Positions 33,491 to 46,200 of a stretch of DNA of 64,000 nt are shown piece by piece; positions within the stretch are counted from its first letter, which is position 1, and each line of letters opens with the position of its first letter. The stretch is from Coniocarpon cinnabarinum (Eukaryota), in NCBI GenBank assembly GCA_051942205.1, contig JAVECO010000018.1, forward strand, positions 62,001-126,000, given 5' to 3'. A program made the position numbers and the translations under genes. The notes under the pieces are model-generated. The model was given only the letters and a program-made list of their open reading frames with translations. It searched no databases and was not told the DNA's origin.

Positions 33491-34561
33491 ATGGCAACTG
33501 CATCATATTCAAAAGAACTTAATGTTGCCCTGCTAGCTGTCCAGCGGGCTGCAATACTGACAAAGCGTGTCTTCCACGAGAAAGCCAAAGGCACAGTCTC
33601 TAAGGATGACAAATCGCCCGTGACCATTGGCGATTTTGGGGCACAGGCGCTCATCATAAGTGCTATTAAACATAATTTCCCACAAGATCAAATTGTAGGT
33701 GAAGAAGAGGCAAAGGATCTGAGGAGCAACAGCAGTCTCCGTGATCAGATCTGGCTGCTGGTCAAAGAGACGAAGCTGAGCGATTCACCTGCAGACCACG
33801 AGCTCGGTGGACCAGTGCCAAGCGAGGAGGCAATGCTGGCTGCTATTGATGCGGGCAAAAGCGCAGGCGGCAATCAAGGTCGAATTTGGGCTTTGGATCC
33901 GATTGATGGTACCAAGGGATTCTTGAGAGGCGGTCAATACGCTGTGTGTCTAGCGCTGATGGTCGACGGTGACGTTAAACTAGGCGTCCTCGGATGCCCA
34001 AACTTGCCGGTGTCGGACTCAGCTCCTCTGGACTCCAACATCGGCCAAGATGCGACTGATAGTGAAGGTCAAGGAGTCCTGTTCAGTGGCGTAGAGGGCC
34101 AAGGTGCACAAAGCAGACCACTTAGCACCGGAGCTCTGCAGTCACCCAGCAAAATCGCCATGCGACCAGTTGCCGACCTCAAAGAGGCCACTTTCTGCGA
34201 AAGCGTCGAAGCGGGCCATTCAAGCCATGGTGACCAAGCCGCCATTGCTGCTGAGCTCGGCATCACAAAGCCGTCTGTGCGGATGGATTCTCAAGCCAAG
34301 TATGCATCAATCGCAAGAGGTGCTGGAGATGTGTATTTGCGTTTGCCGGTCAGCGCAAGGTACCAGGAAAAGATTTGGGACCACGCCGCAGGTGATCTGA
34401 TCGTGCGTGAAGCGGGCGGTGAGGTGAGCGATGTCAAAGGAGACCGTCTGGACTTCAGTGTAGGTCGAACCTTGGCCAAGAACAGAGGCGTCGTCGCAGC
34501 ACCCAAGGCAATACATCCGGACGTAGTTCAAGTGGTGCGCAAGGTCTTGGAGAGCAAATGA
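33491..34561 (+). CDS. MET22: 3'(2'),5'-bisphosphate nucleotidase
   Basis: KDDKSPVTIGDFGAQA, WALDPIDGTKGFLRGGQYAVCLAL, DSQAKY and EKIWDHAAG. Confidence 0.97.
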   Translation: MATASYSKELNVALLAVQRAAILTKRVFHEKAKGTVSKDDKSPVTIGDFGAQALIISAIKHNFPQDQIVGEEEAKDLRSNSSLRDQIWLLVKETKLSDSPADHELGGPVPSEEAMLAAIDAGKSAGGNQGRIWALDPIDGTKGFLRGGQYAVCLALMVDGDVKLGVLGCPNLPVSDSAPLDSNIGQDATDSEGQGVLFSGVEGQGAQSRPLSTGALQSPSKIAMRPVADLKEATFCESVEAGHSSHGDQAAIAAELGITKPSVRMDSQAKYASIARGAGDVYLRLPVSARYQEKIWDHAAGDLIVREAGGEVSDVKGDRLDFSVGRTLAKNRGVVAAPKAIHPDVVQVVRKVLESK

Positions 34562-34640
34562 GTGGGCGGCAAAGCCCATCGAGGACCTTCCTGGCGGCAG
34601 ATATGATGCACCCGAAAGTAATCGAGTCGACTTCGCAAGC

Positions 34641-35458
34641 TCATTTGATCTTCTTCGCCTTGAGCTTGATAGTCTCATCATCCACAAATATACCCTTGCC
34701 CTTGTATGGCTCTGGAACGCGCCATTTGCGAATGTTTGCCGCAAATTGTTTCACCACCTCTTTCTCGATACCTTCAAGCAATATTCTCGTGGGTTGCGGC
34801 GTGCTAGCTTTCACTCCTAGAGGCACTGGGAGTTCAATCGGATGCGAGTACCCGACCTTGAGATTGACGAATTGTTGACCCTCAAACTCGGGAGAGACCG
34901 TGATGGCAGACCTTTCGATGGTAGCTCGATAGCCCACTCCGACTAACCGCAAGATGCAGGAGTGACCTTCAGAGACGCCGAGGATGTGGTTTTGTAGATA
35001 AGCTCGCGTGGTTCCTATGATGGATGTTAATTAAGTATGGCAGATAGAGATGAGCCGGGAGCATTACCCCACATGGACTTCTGCTTCTTCTCTGCCGCGT
35101 CTTGTATGCTCAGTGTCGCCTTGCGTGCCGCGCTGTCCCAGTCGACATCGAGATATGCTGGAAGCTCCATTTGCAACTCTCCCAAAGGCCCTTTCACAAG
35201 AACACTAGGCAGTGCTGCCTTTCGGACTGCCCTCAATTGCGCACCAGTTTCCTTCGGCTGGATAATTTGCAGGTCACATTCTGGAGGCACAGAAATCGGA
35301 CTCTTTCCAATCTGCGAGCGAACTTGGGAAGAGCTTGAGAATGGTCGAGATTGTATAGGCCGGCGAACGGTGGTTCTTCGAATGGGCTTGCCGGCGCTAC
35401 ATTCGCGCATCTGAGCCTTAATGGCGTCTAGGCCGTATTGCGCTCTTGGAAGCGCCAT
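34641..35458 (-). CDS. MRPL6: Mitochondrial ribosomal protein uL6m
   Basis: SQIGKSPISVP, VKGPLGEL, LVGVGYRA, VGYSHP and PEPYKGKGI. Intron 35015-35067. Confidence 0.95.
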
Positions 35459-36025
35459 GTCTAGGGGGAGACAGTGATCGAGATACGCAAGGAATAATGA
35501 TCGATTCAACTTTAGTGAGAGAAGGAGCTTGAACGTTCCTGAAATGGTTAGCGCAGGCCAAATTCATCTCAAAACGCCAGACCTCACCATTGCTCTTTCA
35601 CCACACACTGGTGATACAGTCAATTCTACGCAGACGTTGTGGAGCTGTTTGTCAAACGACTTCAGGCAGCAGACCTGCTGAAATGGACTTTGCATCCGTC
35701 AGGCACCCCGTGATGCTCCCAATGCCCTCGCATGCCCGGGACTTGTGCCCCTTGACCGCACCTTCCAGCCCGTAGCTGCCCATTCTTCTCTTCTGCTGCC
35801 ATGCTGCCATCTATTTCATTCTCATTCTTACATGCGTGGACATTCAACTTTCACAGCACGCGAAATTTCAAGATATTCGCCGCACAGTCAACTTTAGGCA
35901 TACGGCTTTCCAAGTAAGGTTCCTCACCGCCTATTTCGAACGATCTCAGTCTATTAAGGTAGTACCAGCGTATGGCGTCGATGTTCTCCCGGTAAACACT
36001 CGTTCCCGCGGCAGTCCCGTCCACC

Positions 36026-38166
36026 ATGTATTTTTTCATTCTTTCGCGCGTGATGCTGCTGTTGCTTGTGTTTGGCCTGGTGGCTGGCTTCACCACGGCA
36101 GCGATTCATGACGACCTGACAGCTTTGATACCTTCTTTCAAGACGCGCCATGGGGATGGAGTCATCTCGAAAGCCTTCGGCGTGCTGGCCGAGATGGAGC
36201 ATGCTCCTTCATGTAACCGACTCGCCATGACGGTTCTTATCGATTCTTGCAAAACGTTGCAGCCCGACAAAAGCACCAACAACGCTCTTGACTTGGTCAA
36301 GTCTGCTTTTGCTGCAAGATTAGCGGTCTGCGAGCATCTGGGCGCTGGCGGAGATATTCCAGACAAATGTCACCCGATGGTGCCGCTTTCCTCTGCTCGG
36401 TAAGTCTACGATCTCTGTCGTATCCATATTCCCTGTTCCCGTCCCGCAATTTTCATTTAAACTCTAGCCACTCTAGCCATTCTGCTGTCATCGCTGTTTC
36501 CTGATGGTGGTTTGAAGCTAAGACAGATCGTGACAGGTCGGAGCGGAGTTTCACATGCAGAGTTCGAGGTGCGCGATGCTCTCAAGCCCGTGAGGATGCC
36601 GTGACAAAAGCGTCAGAGTACAGCGACATCAATCAGCGCCAAGTCAGCGACTGTACAAAGGCCCTCAATTCGCAGGACAAATGGTGGATGAGCTACAGCA
36701 ACGCCATTCAGAATGCTATTTCTGTCTGCCACGCGGCGCGTGCAGAGGTTGAAAGAGAAGAAGTTCTTAACGTCCACCAGTCCATGACCGAAGTTGTATC
36801 TGATCTGAGCAGTGTGCTGGGCCAGCGCTTGAGAGACTCCGAGCAGCAAGCGGCCGACGACAAACAATCAGCAACCAATATGCGTGAGCTGCAGAAGAGC
36901 CTTGCAAGTGACATGGCGAGCTCTGCACAAAGTGCTCGCGCGTATCTTGCCTCTCTCATTACTGAAGCCGAGCATCGCCTTTCGTCAATCTTTTCAAGCA
37001 CCTTCAGCAGCCTGGAGAAAGCCAACCAGAATATAGAGAAAGTCAGCACAATGGCCAGTGAGTCTTCGTCTGACGTCGAAAATGCGCGTAAGAAACTCTC
37101 AGCAATGATGCAAGATGCCTCCCGAGATGCTGGTGCTATTACTGAAGCTCAAGGCAAGGTGAGTAAGTGGCGGATACGCCACGCTCTGCTTTTTCAGCTA
37201 CACCTTGATCTGGCTGGCAATTGCCTGAGTCTTGTATGATGTGCTGACACAGCGGATACCAGGCTTTAGAATTACAAACACAGATTACCGACTCTCTTGA
37301 CATGGTTCAACAGCAAGATCTCAAAAACATTTTCGTCGCTTTTGCGCAACTTCAGACGGAGCTCCGTGCGTCTTCGCAGCTGATGGTGATGATGGCTGAC
37401 AGGCAGTCGGAGCACGATCAGTGGTTGCACGGCCTCGATGGTGCATTAGAAACATTGACGAAAAGTACCATGATTTTAAAAGAGCTGCAAGAGGCGCAAG
37501 CAGCCAACCAGAATGAAATCATTGGCGCTGTGAACAACAAAATTGAAGCTCTAGGTACAGCAATCGTGGAGAAGACTCAAGCGGTGCATGCAATTAACAT
37601 TCTCGGAGACCTCTATAACGTTGGACGATTCATCGCGGCTGGTGTGGGTGTCATGGCCGTAGGTAAGTTTGTGCCTAGTTTCCCTTCTCATTTCCAGCCT
37701 GCCGAGGTCATGTTATTGTCAAAAAGCAAAAGGCTAGCTCACAGATCGCTGAGCTGCAGCCAAAGTCGTATTTGGTAGCAGGTGCTTGATGCATCTCAGC
37801 GAACCATCTTCATGGCTGCCAAGTCATTTAGCTGGCATCCAAAAAAACGTCTGCTCGCAACACTAGACCATGCAACGCCCTTTGCTAATTCATAATGATT
37901 TAGCATATTTTAATAAGACAGTGGGCGTCGGTCTTGCAGGTTTTTTCGCCATCGGTTACCTCTTAGTCACGGCAGATCCTCTTCGTCGGTGGGTGGAAAA
38001 GATGAGATCTGTCCCTGTTGCGCCAGCGTCGTGGCCTGCAGCTCCTGGCACTATGGGCTGGGTTTTGGCAGGTGGTTGTTTGGTTGCTGGGGTCGTCGGT
38101 CTTGCGCTCAGAGTTCAAGGTCGCTCCCCAAGAAGTACATCAAGAAAAGCTAAATTTGAGTTGTGA
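36026..38166 (+). CDS. KAR5: Nuclear membrane fusion protein, Kar5/Tht1/GEX1 family
   Basis: Signal peptide; Cys-rich domain (SCNRLA...DSC, FAARLAVCE...P..C, C..AL.....WW.SYSN..QNA...C); coiled coils; C-terminal TM segments. Introns 36400-36536 and 37159-37262; two 3' introns less certain. Confidence 0.88.
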
Positions 38167-38644
38167 GGTGCAAAGAGCAAGTGAAGATGGGAACAATCGA
38201 GCGAAGCATTGGTCGGGGTCAGGGCGCAGCTCACGGCGCAGCTAAAGTCTCTGAGGCATGGTGAGTGAGCAAGATCGACCCGGGTGTTTTACTGCTTTTC
38301 TCGAAACAGCAGTGAAGATGCACATTCAAGCAGTATTCTCACAGCGGTCGCGAGATGGAATATTTGACCTCCAGTGCAAAGCACAAGCACCTTGGCGTGC
38401 AACAAGGAAAAGAGAAAGGGCGCACAGCATTCATACACACACGACTTCATGATACAGCAGGACAGCGAGGTGCATCAGCATATGGAACAGATCTATTTTA
38501 TGGCAGCGATCGCTCGCACGCATTTAGCACAGCAACAATTTAGCATTACCATTTGTCACCGCCTATGATCTCCATTACGTAGACCCCATCATCATACGCA
38601 GAGCTTTAAAGTCCGGTCTCAGCGAGTGTTGGGATCCTGTCGCT

Positions 38645-41600
38645 TTAAATCTCCTTCGACTCACTTCCTTCCACCAACGCCCGCCACGCCGCAGGCCCAC
38701 CTCCATTCCGGACTGCGGCTACTAACTCCTCCGCCTCGTCATCTCCCACTCGTGCTCGTGCCTTCCTCGCTAATGCATGTAGCAGCATCTCAGCGTTGAA
38801 GTCGTCGACTCCGGGGCTTTGAACGTCAGGCTTTGTCAGGTCGGCGTTCGTGAGATGTTGCAAAGACGGTGGGACCGGGGTATGGGTTTCAGGGTTGACA
38901 TATGAGGATTTGGTGAGAGGTGGGAGGGTGGTATCGCCTTTGTCGTCGTGCGGGGTGGTAGTATCACTGTGGACGGTGGGATTTTTGGAAGTTCGAGCGC
39001 TTCGAGCAGGTTGCGGCGGTGCGTTTGCGTTGGCATGAGCTTGAGGATTTGACACGCTTCGGCGCGTCGTCATGTTTGCAGCCTGTTCATTCTATCCACC
39101 ATGAGCGAGAAACGACACATTCATCACTGAACTGATCTCACCTCACGCACTCCCGCTGCTTCCACCACCCCGGGCTCCGGCAAATTCAACCTTGGCTCAA
39201 AAGTCGACGCACTCGGCGGCGTCCGACTCCTAATCGCATGCGGCGGACTGCCGACCGCAATCCCTCCACCCTCCCGTGCGATGCGCTCCAACTGCTTATC
39301 CCCCTTGCCATTAAACGACGGTTGAAAGATCTGCAGTCGCGCATTAGGATCAATAACACGCTCACCAGGCGTCGGCTCACGATTTGGGTTTTTCCGGCGC
39401 AGGCCCACTTGGCCGCGGGTGTCGACGTAGGTCTCGTAGCCCTCTGCGTCGAGGACCTCGTCGGGGACTGCGAATTCGGGCGTGCGGCCGGGCCCGGGGA
39501 GGGCAGCGCGGGCGCGCTGGACGGACTCCTCTTCGCGCATGCGGACGTGGAGCTCGCTGCGCTCGCTGCGCTCGATGGTGTCGTCGGCTTTGGCGACTTC
39601 AGTCCAGAGCCAATCGTCTTTGTGGACGTCTAGGTGCATGGGCTTGCGTCCCCAATATTTGTGGTTTTTGTGTGGGGCTGGTGGGAACGGAGCACCTGGT
39701 GTGGTGGCGCCATGTACGGCGGCAAGGTGGCGGATGAGTTTGAGGTTGTCGGTGTTCGATTCGAGGAGGAAGCGGAGGCACATTATAGCGTGTTCGCGGA
39801 TAAAGCTAGGGATCGTCAATACCACGAGGATCTGCGGTATTCAGGATGAGATCGTGGTGGGAAAGACTTACGGATTGTGCTCGTCGGGCGCGCAGCATGC
39901 GAGTATCGTGGCAATGCCACCAAATCGACGCACTTGGTTCTGAAGGGTGGGGTTCTTCCAGACGAGAGACGAAAGTACGAGAATACAGAGCTTCTTCAGA
40001 TTGCGCCATTCAAAGTCAGCAGGTTCGTCATGAATAGGTGATGGAGTCGGCACGGTAGCCGGGGGCGCGGGAGAGGACGCAGATCCATTGACTGCAGCCT
40101 GCGGTTGGGGCCATTGGGTTGGAGGCGCATTCGGCGTAGAGGCGGAAGCAGCGGGTTGTGTAGAGGGCGTGGACATGGGATCCATGACATTGGTGGGCGA
40201 GGCGACATCGTAGGGTCTTTCAACAGAGACGGGTACGGGTCCGTTACCAGATTTTGGTGAAGCCCTTTTTCCGGGCGTCGGAGCAATTTGTTGTGACGGT
40301 GGCGGCGGAGGTGGCGGGGGCGGTGGTGCCGTCGAGGGTAGAGATTTGCCTTTTGGTATTGAGATCTCGAGTTCATTCAAAAGTGTTAAGAGTTCAGAGA
40401 CCACTTCCCACTCGGCCATGAGATCCTTCCATTCTTCGTGATCTGTGAGAATGGCAAAAAATTCAAGATACTGGTAGACGCCTTCATACATGCGTTCCAT
40501 GTCCCACAGGTTGAGTGGAAAGTCATCGAGGCCAGCATGGCCGACTCTGATCTGACCCTGGAGGAAAATGAGAGCACAGATTTGCGGTATGATGGTCTGT
40601 CGAAACTCGCTGAAAAGACAATGTACGATTTGGATGTCGTAGCGGATTGGAGGCGAAAGTGGTGTTACCTTGCTCAGCAGAGCCTTTTGCTGCGTTTCTG
40701 CAGTCTCTCCACCGTTGCTGCTACTATCGGACGTGTGGTTGTGAGCATCTACAAAGCCATGTCGAGAATGAAAGATCTTGGTAAGCAGTTTCATGATGAC
40801 AGCCTGCGCCGGGGATATAATGTCTTTGGATTCCTTAAAGGCCCCGTATGCAAATGGCATGAGACCATTGATCAAAATAGCTTCCATGATTTTAACCATG
40901 AATTTGAAGTAGAGTTCTTCTTCTCGCAAATCCCATGCCGCCACGAAGATTAAGAGCTCCCGCAAAAGGTTACGTCCATTTTCTTGAGCTAGTAGGAGAT
41001 GACAGCGGATGGTGTACATATTCACCAGATCGCTGTCATCTTTGCTGACTTGTGAAAGAGGAGCCTTGGGGGCGTCGGGAGGAGCGACGATGCCAGACAT
41101 GATGACCATAGGTAGGACTTCAATCTCGTTCGGCCCAAGGATTAGCGGCACATCAGTGAGCAGTCCACGGCCATCCTCACCCGGAATAGCATAGTCTTCG
41201 TCCTCACTGCTTTCATCGTCTTCTCCCTCTTCATCGAGGTCATCTTCTTCCTCTATTTTCTCATGATCAACCGTAGGTTCATTAGGATCAACGGGTGAAA
41301 CTGGGGAATCAACAGGGGAAGCAGGGGACACTTGGCTTTGTTGCCGCGATCGACTTAGGGGTGGGCCATGTGTGTGCAGCCGATTCAGCAATTGCAACTT
41401 GCCTTCATGAAGCTTGCGTTGGCCGTCTGCAGCGGTCTCCATCGTTGCTACCGTGTCTGCAACGCGGTCTTGAGGTATTTCCTCAACAACCTTCTTCGGT
41501 GCTTCAATGGCTTCTGGCGCAACTGTAGATGGCTGTCGATCAATTCTGACGTCTTGTGCATCTTCGAGCCTTTTCTGATTGTCCTGTGCAGATTGCTGAT

Positions 41601-42810
41601 CTGTTTCAACTTTGGTTAGCAATACCGCCGCCGGTCACCATGTGAAGATATTTACGAAATCTAGACAAGTCCTTTGGCATGGCAGAGACATGCAATAGAA
41701 CTCACCTGCTTTCTCCCAATACTCGTGAGCTTTCTCCTCGCTTAATCCTCTCCAGTATGCGCGTTGTTCTGCCGTCATTCCTTCCCACCTTTGCTTGATC
41801 TCCCTCAGGATGTCGTCCGCTTGTGGCTCAGTCCCCAGCTCCTGTTTAAGAGACGCTCGGATGTGCTCCCGTTCGACCGTCGCATAAAAGAAATATGGTG
41901 ACCAGATCCCCTTGCCAAGCTTTGCAGTTTTTCGGTGGTTGTTTGGAAGCGGTCTTGCATCAGGATGAACATCATGTTGCTTCCTGAACTCGTCTAGTGC
42001 CGTCCGTATCCATCCTTCAGCACCAAGGCTTACGGCTGGGGGACTCTTGATCTTGTCATGTGGTGGTTCATGCTGCTGCTGGGATGCTGCTGATTGAGAA
42101 TGATCTGCACCTCCCGGATGTAGTGGCTCAGAGTTGCTGTCAAACAGCTCAACCCAAAGCATCAGCTTCAGACGCTCGTTCATGGTTACGAGATTGCTCA
42201 AGAACTGCAAGGATGTAATCAGCAGTCTTTTGAAGCCATTAATTACACCTTGCCACTTGTCTTCATCAACGGTTGTACCATCTCCATCATAACCTCGGGC
42301 AGTAATTTTGATACACAAATTAATGACTGCACAGACTTCGCGGTCGAACCCTATCTGCGCTGCCAAATTTTGAACTCGTTCACCGGCTGTGAGGAGATTT
42401 CGTGCGACAGCCAACAAATTATCCAGCCGCTGCAGGTCTTTTACTAGACTGGTACTATTGGCAACAATTACATTGCTGCTGGGTCCGTCGTAACTCGGAG
42501 CAATTGAATCGATGGGCCCATACGACCGGTGCTCCAGCGAGGGACTAGCCACGTGAAATATCTCAAGCATATCGATCCAGATCTTGTCCTCCGAGCCAAT
42601 GGATTCTCGCGCATCAGGGTTGTTCATAGTCAGCTCTGCAAAGGCTTTGAGGGCACGCTTGTCAAGCATGTCCATGGTGGTCTCCTTGACATAATCCAAG
42701 GATTTGAAATGGGTCGTCCAAGTCGCCATCAATAGACGGAACTGGACGACATGTGCCTTCAAAGCCGCATCTTTCATTGGCGCTTGACCCCTCATCTCCG
42801 TGTCTGTCAT
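38645..42810 (-). CDS. CTR86: Ctr86/ataxin-10 family protein (~1317 aa)
   Basis: Ataxin-10 domain QNQVRRFGGIATIL.CC..DEHNP|FIREHAIMCLRFLLE. Introns 41610-41705, 39806-39871 and 39092-39141 join four ORFs in frame (3954 nt). Confidence 0.85.
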
Positions 42811-43253
42811 TGTGGCTGCACAGCAACACCGCTGCAGGTAAATGTATTTTGGATTTATTCCGCATACGGTAGGAGGCTTAAAGCATGTTCGTGAACATCT
42901 GTGTCAATCATCGTTCAGTCTGTCATGGATTTCGGCGCTTCTCTAGAGGCAGCTCCCCCCCTGACAGTCGGTGTCGATCCAGTCACGCCTGCACGATCGC
43001 ATAGACGACCTTTAAGAGGGAAATGGGCTCGTCGAAACTACTGAATGCGGTTCAGCCTGACATATTAGGCACGCATAGTTTGCGCTTACTCTTACTCACC
43101 TGACCGTCCGAAGTCGCCTCCCTTCAATCCAAGATTCCGATCCTCTTTCCAATCACACAACCTTTTCCGCGACACCTTTCATATACCATCGCATACTGGC
43201 CACGACTTGCAGATCCTACATGGTTGAATTACGAAGCATCACCTTCTTCCTGC

Positions 43254-46200
43254 ATGAGCTTGCGCGCTGTCCCCTGTACCCTGAAGCGAGAAGAGTGTCT
43301 GATCGGTGACGGGCTCATGCACGCCGTTACCTCTCGCACTCTCACAACAGACTCAACTGCGTCGCAAGCATGTGTCGCCGGTCAAGAAGAATACATCCGC
43401 CTAGGGAGTGCCGACGACGATAGCACTGGTGCCACTGCTTTTACTTCCTTCGAAGCCCTCCTACTCATTCCTCCTGTTCTAGACACGCTGCTCTCTCACC
43501 TTCCAACATCCAGTATCTTCGACCTTTATCACACAAACAAGCATCTCAGAACACTACTACAGAGCTACCCTCTAGCTTGGAAGAACCTCTCCTTTCGATT
43601 GTTGCCCTCTACACCCTCAGCAAGCAATACTACAGGCTTCGACACCCCTGTAGATTCATTGACAAACAAGCGGCTGCACGCGCTCGATTCGCTTCTACGC
43701 CGGGGAATCCCGACTCACACCAAAATCCGTTTAACTCGGCTCGACTTAGACAACACTTCTGCGTCCGGATCATCCCTACACACCCATGTTCTCACCCCTC
43801 ATCGAGGGGTCTTGAAGCACTTGTCTGTGCGCGGATGCAAGGAGGTGTCGATCAAGTATCACATTCTTCCATTCCTCACTGAGAATCTCACGATACCCGC
43901 AGATCTCAACGACGGACCGCTTGCACTCAAGAGTCTTTACACCTACCGTTGCAGACACCATCGCCGCCGTCCGTATTTGCCCACGTCGTTGAGCCGGCGG
44001 GATTCAGATTCGCACCCCACTCACCAGCTGGTCGAGATCTGTCACAGATTCGGGATCTGGACCGACACTGCGTGGTGTCCAACACCCGGAGGCAGGTGTT
44101 TCAGACGCAAGGACTATTGGATTGGCAGATCTGGCTTCGGAGCCAATGAAGTGTGGGTGCCGTTCGATAGGCTGTGGAGATCACAAAATTTCCTCGGATC
44201 CACGGCAAATTTGCGAGAGTCAAGAGGCCGTGAACGTCTTAGCTGGCGTGATGCAAATGGTGGAAGCGCAGGCCGCCTATGGGATGACCACGAGTGCGGG
44301 CAAGGCGGCGAGGCCCTAGGCAGTGGTCTCACATGCCGTGATGAATCGAAAGATCTGCCAACGCATGAGCGGAGAAGTCACAAAAGCTTCATCGAGGGAT
44401 TTGAATGCTACAAATGTAGAGAGCCAATCCTCGAACGATGCGAACAGTGCAGTGTTCGGATGCATTGTGCTGGGTGTCGAAAAACGCTTTGTCATTCCTG
44501 CGCATTTGACAGACCTGTACGCAGAAAGCGGCGCAGGGAAGCACATGACGCTGATGACTTGACATCCTCAACAGCATCTCCGGATTTCGCTCCAGCTGAT
44601 GCAGATCCCTTACCTCAACGACGGCGGCGAAGGCTTAATGAACGCTACTGGTGGGCACCCGGAGCCACCCGTTCTCCGAATGTCATGGGAGAAACGAGTC
44701 AAAGTGAGGATTCTTCAGGCGACGACAGCAGCAACGATCACGCAGATCAGATACCTTCAAATCCACGCCTTGACATGCATTGGTGTTGTTTGAAGCCGAC
44801 TTTCTCTGGCGGTGGCGGCATCGGCTTCATGGGCTCGCCCAACGGTGATAATGTCCGTGCAGCTCCATTGCCTCAAGGTTGCGGTTTTGAAGACACTGAT
44901 TTCCCTCTGCGATGCATGCAAGAAACGGTTTCCAGCTGCGCGTCGCCTAACGCCCCAAACCCTGTCCTCGAGTCCTCGGACAGCTCAGTCAGCCCATCGT
45001 CGCAAGGGAAAGGTTCTCTCCATGGCGCGGACACTGCATTGTTTACCACGCTTTCGTCATCGTTCTCGCCTGCCCAGAGCATTTCGCAACCCCACAAGGC
45101 CCCACGACCACTTTGCTCTGAATGCTATAACTCACGTGCATGGTGCGTCACGTGCAAAGCTTGCAAGATGCCCATCTGCATCGAACACGATGTAAAGCAG
45201 CTCAAAGCACGCCGATGTGGCTTCCGCAAACTTGAACAAGAACGGAAGATCATCCTAGAAGGTCAAAACCTGCGAAGAGCGGGCCGGGACGAGAGTTATG
45301 CCTTGAAGGATGCCAAGTCAAGAGTTTTCCTCTCCAGGTGGCAACCCGTTGTTGCTGAGATGGAATTTGCGGACCAGCGAAGGCGCGAAGAGCGTAAATG
45401 GGCACCTGAAGATCGTGGCATCGATCCCTCTGAGGATCTCGAGTCACCTGTTGAATCCATGAACAGGACCCTCCCAAATCTCTACGAGTTGCGGCGGACC
45501 AAATCGTTGACCATTTTGCCTTCCCAGTCAGGCTCTTTACATACAGGTGCAGGCTCGGATGCGGCTATTTCTACTTCGATTCAATCTTCGAATTCTCGAT
45601 GGCTTGGTTGCGGAGCGTATCTGTGCCCATCGCCACGCGGTCTTGGTGATCCTCGACCTCGCTGCAAAGCCACTGAGACGTCCAATGCTCCCACCACGAC
45701 GAGTTCACCGAATCAAGCTGTTGGCAACGCAGCCTCCACTGTGACAAACGCCACTAATTTGGCGGCTCACGTTGCTCATCATCATCCTCAGGCGTTGCCA
45801 TTCATCGCAAACTTGAATTTGAGCAATTTGACGTTGCAGCCTGGGACTACCCTGACCTTTCTCTACGGCACTGGATCAGCGCCCAATCAGCCTCTCCAGC
45901 AAGCGCAGACGCCTGCTGATCAGCAAGGTCTACAGTTTGTGCAAGTAGTGCCAGGTCAACCTAACCCTGACGCTACCACCTCTAATTTGGATGGCAATGT
46001 TCAACCCCCGAATGCCCTGGCCGCCAATCATCAAGTCAGTGCAATCATCACTCACGCAGCTGGCTCTCAGCAACATGTCAGGGGTGGTGTGATCCAGACT
46101 GCAAGCCAGAACGAACACGAAGCGCTCCGATGTGCTGCCTGCTCGACGCTCGTATGCGCTGACTGCCGGAGGGAGCACCCCTGCTGCCCTTGCAGTGCCT

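Noticed and set aside
38645..39073. Independent 142-aa gene
   Set aside because: A canonical 50-nt intron (39092-39141) joins it in frame as the last exon of the CTR86-like gene.
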